The notes below the pieces were generated by a model, which was not told the origin of the DNA, did not search any database, and worked only from the letters and a program-made list of their open reading frames with translations. The translations under genes were made by a program, and so were the position numbers. From Monocercomonoides exilis PA203 (Eukaryota; Protista; Preaxostyla), in NCBI GenBank assembly GCA_001643675.2, contig LSRY02000010.1, positions 124,001 to 188,000 of the forward strand: DNA of 64,000 bases. Reading direction: 5' to 3'. How positions within the stretch are numbered: position 1 is the stretch's first letter; each line of letters starts with the position of its first letter. This document shows, one piece after another, positions 40,101-53,352 of the stretch.

Positions 40101-43100
40101 CCACTCTCAGCTGTGTGCACTTCCCCATGCTCAGTGCCAGTGCACCCCCTCCTTCGCTTGCTCCACCCACACTGCACCCTTCAAACCAAGTGTTCTCCAT
40201 CACCACCATCCTCCCGTTCTCTCCCTCCACACACTCGCCATCACCACACTCAACATCCACACACGATCCGTTCCCACTCGAGCGCTGCATCGACACAAAC
40301 GAGCAGTTCATCACTTGCATTGTGCTCAGCACTCCTGCCTTCACAAACGGAGACTGTGCCCGCGATCCATCTGAAATATTCGAGTTCTGCAGGATGAGTG
40401 ACCCACACAAAGACACCCCAATCACTCCACCTGCCCCACCTGTGGTGGTGTTCGTGCATGCCAGCCCATCCATCACACATTTGCTGTGCTCTCCTTCCAC
40501 ACCCACAAGGCACCCAGACCCAAATCTGATCCCACTCACAGCAAACGAGCTCACATTCACTGTTCCCTTCTCAACACGCACAAACACAAACCCAAACACC
40601 GTGTCTTCTTGCTGCTTCTGCACCCCACACCCTGCCATCGTGAGCATGCTGCCTTGGCAGACCACCACACTCGCAACACCCACCCCAACACCCGACCCCA
40701 TCCTGAACACAATGTTCGACAGCGTGTTCCTCTTCGCTGACACAATCACCCCATCCCCACCTGCTCCACTGCTTGTTATCTGCCCCATCTCAATCAGCGT
40801 GTGCTCCTGCTCACACCCGACTGTCCACTCCTCTCGCTCCATCTCCACCTTCTCCTCCCACATAAACCCTTCCTCCAACACAATGTTCTTGTTCAACCCC
40901 CCAAACCGCAGTTGAGCAATGTGTGCCAGTGTGCTGCACCCATACCCGCGATATCCACACCCGCTGAAGTCCCGGCTGTTCGCTCCTCCCACAAACCCTG
41001 GCCCTCCAAACTCCTGCAGATACAGGCACAGAGGGATTGCATACGATTCGTCTCCGCCTTCAAACCCCATCAGCTCCTTGTGATTCTCTGCCTCAAACTT
41101 CACCTCAAACTGCATGCTCGAAACACTCACCGACCAATTCAGATTTTTCACATCCACAAACACATTCTTCCCCCTCCACCCCTCGCACCCTGAAAACACA
41201 ACTTCTCTCCCAAACACAAACCACCCAGACTGCCCTGCCTGTCCTGCCTGTCCTCCACCCTCCACAGCCTTCACATACACCCCGCCTCCTTTCCCCTTCT
41301 GCTCCCCCTCAGCTCCCACACTGCATCCATCAAACCTGACACACGAATTGTTCCCAATCGTCACCCCACTCTCCTCCCCCAGCCACACTGCAACTGCCCC
41401 GCCATTCCCCTTCCCACACATGCATCTCTCAAAACTCACATTCCCCAGCTCCACCACCTCCTGCCTCCCCAGTCTTTTCTCAAACACACTCCCATCCCCT
41501 TCCACCCGGCTGATATCCCGAAACACTGAGTCTGCCACTCGCACCTTCCCTGACGCTGCCCACTCCACCAGCGGCTTGCCCTTCAGCACAAACAGCGAGA
41601 TCGTGCTCAACTCCAGCATCAGCACCCCATCTTCAACCACAAACACACTCTCCACATATTCTGTCTGTGGAGCGCAGTTGCATGCTATTTCTGCCTTGCT
41701 GAACACCAACAACCCCGAGTCTCCCACTCTCACCAGCGACATCTGCTCGTTTGTGCTCTTCGTTATTGCCACACTGCTCACATTCACCAACCCCCCTGAT
41801 ATGTCCACAAACGGTCTTCCCACCCCTTCTGGAACTGCGATCCCTGGCTTCTCGCTCCCTTTCCCACACACATTCACCACCATCCCACTGAGTGCCAAAG
41901 CATCATTCGGGTTGAATGCTGATGGCAGCAACACGATGTCTCCCCCATACGGGTTCTTCAGCTCCTGCAGCGCATAGTGGATTGTTGCACATCTCTCCCC
42001 CTCCTCTTCCTCTTCGCCACACCCAGCCCCATCAGACCCATTTGATGCATGCACATATCGCACTGGATATGCCAGCCAGAAATCGTATCCAGTGGCAGAA
42101 TTATTGTAAAACACCCTCTTCTGCCTGTTTGTTGATGATGACTGCTCAAACGGTGTTTCTGTCAGCACAAGCGGCACAAAATACAAATCATGCCCCTGCT
42201 TATCACTTGCCACATTGTTGTGGAAATGGCAGAACAACATGAATTTCGGCTTTGGATTATCAGCTGGTGGAGTGTAGGCTTCGAAGTACAATGCCCCGCC
42301 ATATTTTGCTTTGTTGTTCACAAACTTGCATTCACTCATCCTGAATATTCCTATCAATCCATCTCGTGTTCCAAATGCCCCTGAATACTTGTCTCTTGCA
42401 ATACCATTTTCAAAATCACAGTCGATCACATTTAATGTGTTCAACGTTGAAGCGTTTTGTCTGAAATAATACAAGGCTGAAATCCTTTCAGCAGTATTAT
42501 TGATAAATACACAGTGAGATGTACTCACCACTTTTGAAGAAGGACCATTACACATGATGCCTCCAACATGATATGGATTGGCAGTTCCATTAATTATTGA
42601 GGAATTGTTAACAGACATAGACTTTATATCGCATACTAAAATGGTGGAATGATATTTTGCAGTTGAATTGATAAATGTGCATGACTCAACATCGAGTTCA
42701 CTCGAATAACCTCGAATACTAATGGCAGCTCCTCCATTCGCAATTTCATCTCCTTCAATTTCGGAGATGCAATTTGTGAAAGTGTCATTCATGAAAGAGC
42801 AAGAAATAGATCTGTTAACTCCTGTTCCAATGTGTTGCTCATTCAAATTTGACTTTCGCATGTTGCGATTGAATGTGTTGTTCAGTGAATGAAGAGATGC
42901 TGTGTGTGGGGAGTTGATGGAGGAAACAATCCCATCATAAAACACATCCTCCACTCCCTCAAAACTGCAGCTCAACATATCCTGCGAAATCTGTGCTTTC
43001 ATTGTTCTGCGGTCACAGCCACTTGTGCTTCTGGTGATGTTTGCGAGTGCACAGTGGGATATGAGAACTTGCGAGCAGGTTGAAGGTGCCAAAAAGGGAG

Positions 43101-43656
43101 GGTCGACAACCCCAAACGAAGCAAAGGCACACGAGCAAACAGACAGTTCGCAATTTGCAGGGTTGGACAAGGAACGAGGAGAGTTGAGCACCAAAGAGCG
43201 GAGCTGGCAATCAAAGGCTGAAAGCAAAGAAAAGTTCACGAGGCGGATGCAATCACCATTGTTCATCGCAAACAACGACTGCTGCAAATCCCTTGCCAGA
43301 ATACAACAGCAGGAATGGAGCAGACACTCGGAGCCATGCATATCCAGGATGTTGCCATTCAGAGAGGTGGTGAAAAACTGCAAGGTGGAGAAGTGGAGCG
43401 AGGAATTGGCCAAAGTCGAGAACATGAACAACGATGTGTGACGAATGTTCTCGTGAATCTTTTTTTGTCTCCAAACTCGACTGCAAGCACCATAATTTTC
43501 TGGCTGTTCGCTTCTGTTCACACCCTGAACAAAATCATCATCTGTGGTAATTTGGGCTGCAGGAACTGAAATGATTTCGTTGCTTTTTATCAGAAATGCT
43601 GCAAGAAGAAATTTCCAGGTGAAACGAACACTTTTGTGCACATGAAGCTCCGACAT
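31141..43656 (-). CDS. Giant (4171 aa) intronless single-pass membrane protein, copy B: Cys-rich beta-helix-like ectodomain, TM helix, C-terminal degenerate tyrosine-kinase-like domain
   Basis: Continuous ORF. Eight D..CG....PC.T/S-type motifs with GGA(I/L/V) and F..N repeats. TM IAWTFIVCIVIVVILLIALIVFIVRW at ~32431-32510. Kinase C-lobe motifs LRWKAPEL, AFSIGMMLWECLTLDVPF, GERP, KRPS, with no recognisable HRD/DFG. Confidence 0.9.
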   Translation of the reverse strand: MSELHVHKSVRFTWKFLLAAFLIKSNEIISVPAAQITTDDDFVQGVNRSEQPENYGACSRVWRQKKIHENIRHTSLFMFSTLANSSLHFSTLQFFTTSLNGNILDMHGSECLLHSCCCILARDLQQSLFAMNNGDCIRLVNFSLLSAFDCQLRSLVLNSPRSLSNPANCELSVCSCAFASFGVVDPPFLAPSTCSQVLISHCALANITRSTSGCDRRTMKAQISQDMLSCSFEGVEDVFYDGIVSSINSPHTASLHSLNNTFNRNMRKSNLNEQHIGTGVNRSISCSFMNDTFTNCISEIEGDEIANGGAAISIRGYSSELDVESCTFINSTAKYHSTILVCDIKSMSVNNSSIINGTANPYHVGGIMCNGPSSKVVSTSHCVFINNTAERISALYYFRQNASTLNTLNVIDCDFENGIARDKYSGAFGTRDGLIGIFRMSECKFVNNKAKYGGALYFEAYTPPADNPKPKFMLFCHFHNNVASDKQGHDLYFVPLVLTETPFEQSSSTNRQKRVFYNNSATGYDFWLAYPVRYVHASNGSDGAGCGEEEEEGERCATIHYALQELKNPYGGDIVLLPSAFNPNDALALSGMVVNVCGKGSEKPGIAVPEGVGRPFVDISGGLVNVSSVAITKSTNEQMSLVRVGDSGLLVFSKAEIACNCAPQTEYVESVFVVEDGVLMLELSTISLFVLKGKPLVEWAASGKVRVADSVFRDISRVEGDGSVFEKRLGRQEVVELGNVSFERCMCGKGNGGAVAVWLGEESGVTIGNNSCVRFDGCSVGAEGEQKGKGGGVYVKAVEGGGQAGQAGQSGWFVFGREVVFSGCEGWRGKNVFVDVKNLNWSVSVSSMQFEVKFEAENHKELMGFEGGDESYAIPLCLYLQEFGGPGFVGGANSRDFSGCGYRGYGCSTLAHIAQLRFGGLNKNIVLEEGFMWEEKVEMEREEWTVGCEQEHTLIEMGQITSSGAGGDGVIVSAKRNTLSNIVFRMGSGVGVGVASVVVCQGSMLTMAGCGVQKQQEDTVFGFVFVRVEKGTVNVSSFAVSGIRFGSGCLVGVEGEHSKCVMDGLACTNTTTGGAGGVIGVSLCGSLILQNSNISDGSRAQSPFVKAGVLSTMQVMNCSFVSMQRSSGNGSCVDVECGDGECVEGENGRMVVMENTWFEGCSVGGASEGGGALALSMGKCTQLRVAGCTFVGCAAPTGSMHGLGGGMLVRFAGEAAPFVVSDPVFSADNPNEASFGHDLFIEAPRLRSVATAQTLPFAVESPLTAVHAFEGYDGSDKAHAIPLIFFVREMGNTAHADSAAGLDVDACGFAAYPCHTLSQAVRRLSGWPKRVEVAGPFAMEEALGLSDPADLQIGGAAPGAECTVIGKESGGEGLVVLSGELPSSTAAFSSLCFVLPLSIKQHRSLFCQASQGTLAVSSASFIPHQSAASHTFTLFTALSGRVVVEDVVLQGIRLIDTQCANMSGTSVLVMRNVSFVETWTSSPKGLVWVWSAGTTASMEDARFELASQEHPCQAVHSDQALSLEIANASFINQSRSTGHGSCVECTVKSEQTLAIQGCSFEMCSATDGNGGGVCVAMEAGGTAKITSSEVTATASAAAPSTFTKCTSHRGGAGSGGFGGGLFGVLQEGAVDFVVGGVVFNGCTADSGNNLFLQAKQLASVANNRTLGFVFDIAEGVADLNDLCGCSTDTAGTQAPIPLVVFFRAPPAERCVADGGADNAVCGFSDYPCETIAQAASPSVAQQSVAIKILSPFTLKDEVHLEVCPTVISAGEVGGTMGVVNGGRGERAGLIETSCEVTFVSVCFAHPAVLTNRKALIVCNGGVLGLSSCQSVLQATAGLKCGFAIVRVVRGSLSMSSFEIRGTPFGVVGPFVFEGDAQEIEKAAIHNLTLEDVATESESGALSVSRVGVWKLGNSTISNSAQQYCPVVAMSEVGSSEVSNVTFENLNRHTGFGGVVSCAIGASQTARFEHCTFVSCEVMSASMKGGSVFASVEQTGTFVFDTNKVSSSGVDGDSGLGGGLYVSMLGRTSAISMKSNTFEENRAWKGRHLYLECPSPRNTIRPLDFEDSFDAEMEDDELWVHDGSSGAVVDETLKRYLFSSSEEIVVVDRASGSDTPTCGSDLFPCESVSEGYLRMGTKQTTILVVSSAALATEIRRDSQALTIAGRNTTSLLVLGAGGHLVVSPSEALVTLTIHKLVLSMPAELSHTEAVLVGEGTLLMRQCEFRAADEEQSHTGTGAWALCIRGGTAQLDAVGVRGMCFAASGGFVWMCGGSAHLTRISVESVSAGGAGLVVGEGSGALELKGSSFEDCVLDGGSTLSIGSGVDAELSGSCSWSRCRSSAGNGAALRCSLAGSQKLNVSDCSFQECVLDGNINGKGNGSGSGNSEGKGKGKGGGIFLGIDQSSTSSFKLSHLAFGGNEAAFGNNLFLKCADLNTTATPARLVDLISSGDAPHDLEGTDERLFSGGVHDLRLFLQQRQTSSSCISPNGFDILGCGSEAYPCASLWRGMLNINPGSADKTLSIKASALIQNEFDLTSSTVASSSSTEKATITFASAILDSTRSCVVLSTGRLSFNRLDFSVAGGAFLRHSELISSSTPRGQLLFGNCSFAPAGTPQIEGTLVRAEGGRVQMEGCVFGAFAPSSSLLCISSSLEMNTTAFQGSRALGCDAGGLIGVSLGSGCHLSAAGCEFSHGECNKKTGRGGALYVKSTEAGPAGQPFLLEAVTFASNDAAKGRNIYVDCFDINASVTPATFHFPYEPFVDDPNALVGSDQTFVDADLFRFLVPYTSSEIHLSNAGFDIARCGSPNDPCRSFVTGFEHIDASAAHKTISISCSTAISRPADLSNFTCQSLPSEEAAQSVLLFQEDSQGSNPFLLNSWSLSLSGISLQAVNGFSNEVSAIILSKQGSLALDKCAFEPHTSVAELGAYSFAVVEAGSLTCTQFESTNAHLLCSMFLLRAGSAGTFDAIHISSCSLSNCSLVEAASSTNRSPNSLSSISIFRSTLVDIVQTANKSCVVWSRGEGGVEVVVNETDVEGCRSSSTEKGGAVHYLLSSGGRLACVNSTLMQCSCSTGTGMGGGVYLETSMDGEPGFLFQKMEFDSNAARHGRDIFVVCRNISGQINETQFRFDLREGVYNRINAICGLDDLSEGVVDLISFITTYQAAVVFVSSAGGEAGGGNNSRQCGSARQPCASIGYGLGHVVIEYGSAVVVNDVGLLECEADFENISLTSKTSKMAVVSFSEPIVQTRDALVEAAGRVKVEGIQLAPGRDLSLSHSFVFSAANAEFQMISSAICPAEESSPSSLPSLPSLPIFITCSSGECTIENCVVRSVSFRSFFVGVDCVLSVNRLSLSSVELGQRCFDLAQGTKGVVLHEVSFEEIRAESTLVVVEKMSGKVLANNEGSDEMSLSLIQFSNISVQSDAPAAVSLISLENPVVMQNCSFAGCQSHAERGSAGSVLRCSAARVCTCLFDGSTGGSSSSLSSSGAAGGAEELCGWNGSVVDAEQSEVAMADTTIANSAEGGLSVSGGCVSAEAANFTGNAPSIPNYQSARRNVLCKTNGKLVLVSVKGGDGMLPDSSLWIANEGCELGGLASDRASPLFIPQLTNVTMAQAGTTTQLVFWGVLLLPCNLLFKVVTALGDEEAVEKYEFSESGFVSETEVHGVIPSSMLEGLPDEAEVTVSILFGPICSASTSSVVLKNRSKSQTSGDGIVVETVKEKEIAWTFIVCIVIVVILLIALIVFIVRWSKQKRRVEELEVIVEDTVKKDPKAYEMVTMEMSPEEQWRRAEREAEKKNEERIKKRVYGKQMVHSESEEYLLSESGSTEYILGRDSDKIPDWALEKEEEEEETRKRTPSFSISSTSTTDTSDTDTTFVRTESLCPTTSSMSNLVDAMACSSPHEKLIVDLRDSLFMLLHGRNAKKEMAIGTLQEREVTAAQILFWVANGALHSFDEMENKLQSLANLSPHIVLFSEHMVICIVLHSECSSSDSDSSSISSSTIVTSSSDGSRRSKRYTRSPPPSSAFEDDEDNRNECLRWKAPELMNGAKKHATKKTVAFSIGMMLWECLTLDVPFGEYEAVIAGKKIASGERPNLKLVRGSDFAEFVDALLWYDWQKRPSLEGVKRELLGCMPAGAVMFTASDAISLEESASEEKRSTVEISSRAREEAQRLLKELTA

Positions 43657-44472
43657 GCAGGAAATGTTTTGTGAAAATGAAGTTGAAGAGAAATTTTATC
43701 GATTATTGATTAAATGGAAGATCACTAAAATAATACTTAACCTTTATATTATTCATTTGGAAAGAGAAGAATATCTTTGCTTCAAATTTGGCAATGTTTC
43801 AAACATTTATTAGGCTGTAAATGTTTTGTCTGAATAGAAAGAATTTTAAAAGCAAGAAATAAAAAAAAATGAATTTTTCAAAAAATTGAAAACAATATTT
43901 ATTTCTATAAAAATTTACCCTGCAATAAAACAGTATTTTCATGACTAAATAGAAATAAAAAGTTCACGAATGTGAATGATGAAGATGGCACTCTAATTCA
44001 TTCAAAAATTACTGAGAAAAAATCGAAAAGAATTTAAAAAATAGATTGTTTTCATCTTTAATAAAATCCAAAGAAAAATTTCTAGTATATTTAATTTTCA
44101 TACAAGAAAATATCATTTATTGAATTTATCTTCATTTACAGGAGAAAAGACTGAATGAACATGAAATTTCCTTCAAAAATTATCTCGAATACCGTAAGTG
44201 AATAATGAATAACAGTTCTCATTACATTATTGATTTCATGGAAAAACTTGCATTTCTTCATATTTTTATTTTTATGTTTGAACAATAATTTGCTTTTTAT
44301 TAGATGATGTCGAGACTCCTCTTTCGACTTTTACATTTTTGTAATTGTAATGATCAAATTTGTTCAAAAACATTCCTATTTTATCGACTTTGTAAAAGTT
44401 TCTTCAAAGGTATTGTAAATGTAGAATTAGAAGTTCAATATGATATGTTGATCCTTTTTTATTCTTTGTTGA

Positions 44473-45453
44473 TTATGATTTTGATGATTGTGGCATTTCT
44501 TTTTCATCAAAGTGCTTGCTATCAATGCAACTTTCTTCTATTTTTGTAGAAACAGGAAAGTCAAATACTATCGCTGAATATTTCGGGTTATACTTGTCTG
44601 TTAATATGGAAGCGTTGATAAACACTGTCTGCCCATCATATGAAACTCCATTATTATCATGAAAATGTCCAAAAACATGTATTTTTGGTTTTATTTTTTC
44701 TCTTACAATTTCCAATAAATCAGCGTCTCCATTGTGACGCTTATCTCGACTGATGTCCATCCTTCCCATTGGTGCTCCATGAGTAATCAGTATATCAGTT
44801 CCAAGTGGTATACTCTCCCATTTTTTCCTACACTCACTTCCTCTTTCCAGCCCAAATGCCCATTGACAAAACCATACTTGATACGGTGAACCATATATGT
44901 TTATTCCTTCGACTGAGCAGCCTTGATCATGAAGATAAGTACAATGACGCTTTAGTTCCAAGATTTCATCTGAAGTGCTCAGCTTAGATGGATGTTTAAA
45001 TTCCTTCCAAAACTGATTGTAAAAATCAACATCAAAGACAATGTCATGATTCCCAGAAATTACTATCTTGTATTTGAATGGAAGAAGATCGAGAAAATTA
45101 CAAAATGAATCAATTTCTTCCTTAAGCGAATTACAAGAAAAATCACCTGCAAAGAGCAAAACATCTCCAGATGGAATTCCTCCGGGAATGTCATAATGAT
45201 AGCCATGTGTATCAGAAATGCAAACAAAACGAAGACAGTTGCTTGGTCGTGGAGTTTTTGATGGGGTTTCCACAATGTATGGGATTGGATAAAATGACTT
45301 TTCATATTTTTTGAGATATTTCCAGGCAGAAACTGGATTGTAATGAGGGAATCCATCCCAAGAAAAATGATCTTGCTCGTGAGATTCTTTCGCTTTTTCC
45401 CGAATTTCATTTGAGTCCTGATCTTTAAAAAATGTATTTTTACTTAACTGCAT
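44473..45453 (-). CDS. Metallophosphoesterase (MPPED1/2, 239FB family)
   Basis: RFVCISDTHG, GDVLLFAGDF, KIVISGNHD, IYGSPYQ, TDILITHGAP, HVFGHFH calcineurin-like motifs. Confidence 0.92.
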   Translation of the reverse strand: MQLSKNTFFKDQDSNEIREKAKESHEQDHFSWDGFPHYNPVSAWKYLKKYEKSFYPIPYIVETPSKTPRPSNCLRFVCISDTHGYHYDIPGGIPSGDVLLFAGDFSCNSLKEEIDSFCNFLDLLPFKYKIVISGNHDIVFDVDFYNQFWKEFKHPSKLSTSDEILELKRHCTYLHDQGCSVEGINIYGSPYQVWFCQWAFGLERGSECRKKWESIPLGTDILITHGAPMGRMDISRDKRHNGDADLLEIVREKIKPKIHVFGHFHDNNGVSYDGQTVFINASILTDKYNPKYSAIVFDFPVSTKIEESCIDSKHFDEKEMPQSSKS

Positions 45454-46243
45454 GAAAATTATAGAAATATAGCCGCTTAATTCGGTATTAGTTGCAGTTT
45501 TTAATATTTCTCAAACAAAAATAAAATAAAGTATGGCTTTCATTCTTTTGGTTCAGAAAAAATTCTCTTTTTTGTTGTTTCGCTTTTTTGATCAACTTTG
45601 AATAATTGAAATGTGAATTTCAATCATTATTGAAAAAGATTTAAAGAATTTCAAAAAAACTTTACAAAAAAGCATCTGCAAATGAGGTTAAACATTCAAC
45701 AATAATGTTGAAGTCAATGCTATTTTTTTATAAAAATGAGTTTATCCATTTAATAAAATTTCTATTAAGCTTTTACTGATTGAAAAAAATATTAATATTC
45801 AATTTTTTGAATTATTCATTCAAACGAACAGAACTTTTTTCTGATTCGTTTTTGGAGATAGAATTCATGAAAGTCTCATTCAAAGAAAATAACGTAATAT
45901 TTCTTTAATTTTGAAAATTTTTGTTCTCTTATGGCAAGCATTTACCATTGTTGGGTTATTTAAAATATCAATAAAAAAAGGTCTCACTGAATAATTGAAA
46001 TTATATTATTTTCTGAAAAAAAGCAAAATGATGAAAATAATGTTTATTAAACAGAAAAATCGTAACAGTAACATCATAAAACAATTTGATGGAACAATAG
46101 AAAGAAATAATTACAAACTATCAAACAAGTGAAAAAAAAATAGCCATCTCTAAATTAATTGAACTGCAATAAAATTTAAATATTTTCCCAAATATTTTTT
46201 GAATTGCAAAATCCACATCCATATTCACGAATAAATCGACAGC

Positions 46244-50148
<3,905 letters not shown>

Positions 50149-50328
50149 TAAAATAGTTTTTGATCTATCCATATTTATTTATTTATTCAAATTTCAATCA
50201 AAAGCAATTTCAATCTTAACAATAAGCAATAAATGTCCGAATGATATCAGAATAAAAAAAGATGAATTGGAAGCTAATTTTTTAGAGTTTAATCATTCAA
50301 TTCAAAGCACTAAAAATTTAAAGAAAAT

Positions 50329-50535
50329 GGATGTTCATTTTTGAAATCACACTTTTGTTTAAGTTTTGATCAAAATTTTTGTCTCCATGGGATTTTGAAA
50401 AATTGAGCTTTAAATGATAACACATATTGTTCATGATGTTGTTATTGCAGAAACAAAATTTTCACAAAAAATCCCATTGAAATAAAAATTTTGATCAAAA
50501 CTCGAACAAAAGAATGATTTCAAAAAGGATCAGCC
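50329..50535. mobile_element. Short inverted-repeat (MITE-like) element with ~75-bp imperfect arms
   Basis: GGATGTTCATTTTTGAAATCACACTTTTGTTTAAGTTTTGATCAAAATTTTT... pairs with the reverse complement of ...AAAATTTTGATCAAAACTCGAACAAAAGAATGATTTCAAAAAGGATCAGCC. Confidence 0.7.
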
Positions 50536-50690
50536 AAATGGAAAAAAAATTTTTAAAAAAAAAATCAATAATGTTTTGAGACTAATGAATAATGAATAAA
50601 TCATTTTTGAAACTAACATGATTTATTCAGAATTTGTTGTTCAAAAATGGTTCGCATATTATTCAAAAGACATTAGCGTGTCGAAAATCT

Positions 50691-50985
50691 TAGACAATCC
50701 AAAAATTTCAGCTTTTACAAAACTTTTAGCTCATTCATTTGTTTCAAATCAAATAAAGGAAGCTTTTGAAGTTTTAAGAATTGCCACTTTAATGCAACAG
50801 TGTTTGTAAAAACAGTTTTTTTTTATGATTTATTTTTAACACAAAATACGATGAAAAAGGGTTTTTGTGAACACTGTGAAATTTAAAATGCAATTTATTA
50901 AAAATTCAAAAGCTTCCTTTATTTGATTCGAAACAAATGAATGAGAGAAAAATTTCAAAAAAGCTGAAAATTCTGGAATGTCCCA
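50691..50985. mobile_element. Foldback/palindromic element with ~140-bp imperfect arms and almost no spacer
   Basis: CTCATTCATTTGTTTCAAATCAAATAAAGGAAGCTTTTGAA (~50730) is mirrored by TTCAAAAGCTTCCTTTATTTGATTCGAAACAAATGAATGAG (~50905); pairing continues on both sides. Confidence 0.75.
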
Positions 50986-51133
50986 TATAGGTGATCTGTC
51001 CCTCATTTGTGACACACAAATCGTTTTTCGTATTTTTTGACATTTATATTCTTTGAAATAAATATGACACTTTATTGTAAACCTGTCTGACGCGCAAAAA
51101 AATTTTTTTCACGTCCGTCAGTAATTATCCAGT

Positions 51134-51134
<1 letters not shown>

Positions 51135-51195
<61 letters not shown>
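51135..51195. repeat. Poly(T) homopolymer (~61 nt)
   Basis: Directly visible. Confidence 0.95.
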
Positions 51196-51317
51196 CGAAA
51201 AGATTTATCTTAATATGAACTTATTTTAAAATAATACAGATTTTGTAATAATTATTTTTTCAAGTTTTCAGTATTTTTTAACATGTCCCATTAATTGATT
51301 TTAATTTCGCATTTAAA

Positions 51318-53075
51318 TTGAAATGCATTTATGTCAGAGTTCCCTCACCTCTTAATCGATTCCACCTCCTTTTCGGAACAAAAAACTTCATGTTCCAAAC
51401 AGACTCTTCACCAAATGCTCATATCGTGTTTGGAGGAACTGAAACTCACAGAGAGATATTAAGTCGATTGTCTTTTTCTGATTTGAATAGCTACCTCTTT
51501 GAATGGTGTGAATGGAATGATTCAACTGGTGGGTCAAGCGATGGAGGTGCTCTTAAAGTCAACTGCACAAATGCAAATCTCACAATCACTTCTTGTTCAT
51601 TCAGCAATTGTTCTTGTGGTGATGTTTGCGGGGTATTGTTTTGCAGATATTTGTTTAACGTCAACATCGCAAAATCCAATTTTACAAGTTGTTCTGCTTA
51701 TCATGGAGGAGCGAATTGCATTGCTGGAACTCAGTTATCTTTTGTTTGTTCATTCTCTGAAAACAGAGTGGAAAGTTGTTCAATATGAGGTGATATTGGA
51801 ACCGGCTGGTATTTCTTGCTCGATGACATGCCATCAGATGCAAAATTCTTGTTCAAAAAATGCACCTGTGTTGCAAATACTGGAGGTGATGCAGCTGGAG
51901 CAGTCACATTTCATTGGCTTCCACAAAACAAACCGAGTCAATTTTTGGTAAATGACTGCCAATTTGTAAATAATGAATTGACATCAACTTCATCAACACG
52001 AGGAGGCGCTGCCATCTATTTGGATGCAACCTTCACTTGGATGAATGAAATTAGATTCATCACTTTCTGCTTCTTCGATGGCAACACCGCAACTAATGGC
52101 AGGGGGAATGATGTGTATTTCAGTGGCAATGCAATCACTCAATCCACATTTGAGAATTGTGGCTCAACAACCCCAGCTAAAAGAGTGTATAATAATAGAC
52201 AAGCAGACAATGAAACTTTCAATGGCTGGCTCCCCCTCATTGCTCAGGATAAAATCGTTGCCAGCAACGGAACCAATACAGATGCCTGTGGCAGACCCCA
52301 ACAGACCCCATGTGCAACCATCGAATATGCCCTCACTGGCTTCATTTCCCTCCTCCAAAACACCTCTCTCACCCTCCTCAACTCAATATTTGTTCCAACT
52401 CAAACACTCACTTTCAGCGCAGCTGAAACAAAAATCACTGGAAATGGAACAGATGCCACCACTATTGCCTCCAGTGGCATTCCTCAACCACCAAACTCAC
52501 ATTCACAATCATCAACATCAACATCTTCTTCACCAGATCCATCTGCCTCGTCTGCCCTCTTCCAACAGACCCAGGGCTCCCTCACAGTCTCTTCCATCAC
52601 CATCGCTCACAACTCCTCAAATCCCATCACCCCCATCCTCTTCCACCTCTCCGACAACTCCCCTTCCCTCAACCTCAACACAACCACCATCACCGGAACA
52701 ACCTCCATAACAATCACAACCCCCCTCTTCTTCCTCGCTGCTGGCTCCCTCGCCCTCAACCACACAGCAATCACCCAACTCGCCCTCAGCAGCCAAAGCA
52801 TCTTCCACCTCACCTCCCTCACCGCTCCCCTCACCCTCAACTCCTCCAGCATCACCGATATCACCTCCACAGCCACCCCCACAAGCTGTGTCCTCTCCTC
52901 TGCCACCTCCCCTGCCCTCTCCCTCTCCCTCGCCAACTGCACCATGACCGACATCAACTCAGCACCACAACACCAATAGACTGCAACCGATGGCGGGTGC
53001 ATCTCATTCGCCTCATCAGCCTTGGCCAACATATTTTTCTAGTGAAAAACACAAAGTTCAACGGGTGCGAGATAA
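51318..53075 (+). pseudogene. Fragment of the giant surface-protein family (N-terminal beta-helix region), cargo 1
   Basis: ORFs 51318-51788 and 51816-52979 share a frame, separated by TGA; the frame continues past TAG 52979 (TATDGGCISF). CFFDGNTATNGRGNDVYF...STTPAKRVYNN...WLP...NG...ACG...PCATIEYAL aligns with copy B CHFHNNVASDKQGHDLYF...STNRQKRVFYNN...WLA...NG...GCG...RCATIHYAL. Confidence 0.85.
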
Positions 53076-53352
53076 ATGAAGCATAGTCGGTGAATTTTGA
53101 AGAAAGAAAGAAAAAACTCTGAATGTTTTTCATGATAATGTGATTGAAGTGAATTAAATGAAAAAGATTGATATACCACCGTTTTTGAGATAATTTCTAT
53201 TTTCATTTCAATGTATTCTAATGATTTTCAAATAAACTCGTTCGAGTTATTTCTGATTATTTTTTATTTTGATTTGAAGTTAATAGACTTTTAAAAGATC
53301 TTTGGAAATGACGTGTGAAAAAGAAAAATAAATAAAGAATTTTCAATTAACA

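Noticed and set aside
31109-43569. Many long + strand ORFs (up to 531 aa) overlapping the giant gene
   Set aside because: Antisense shadows of a GC-rich, biased coding frame; no recognisable motifs.
51786-51788. In-frame TGA as selenocysteine or readthrough
   Set aside because: Aligns with Thr in cargo 2, and the fragment has further stops and truncation.
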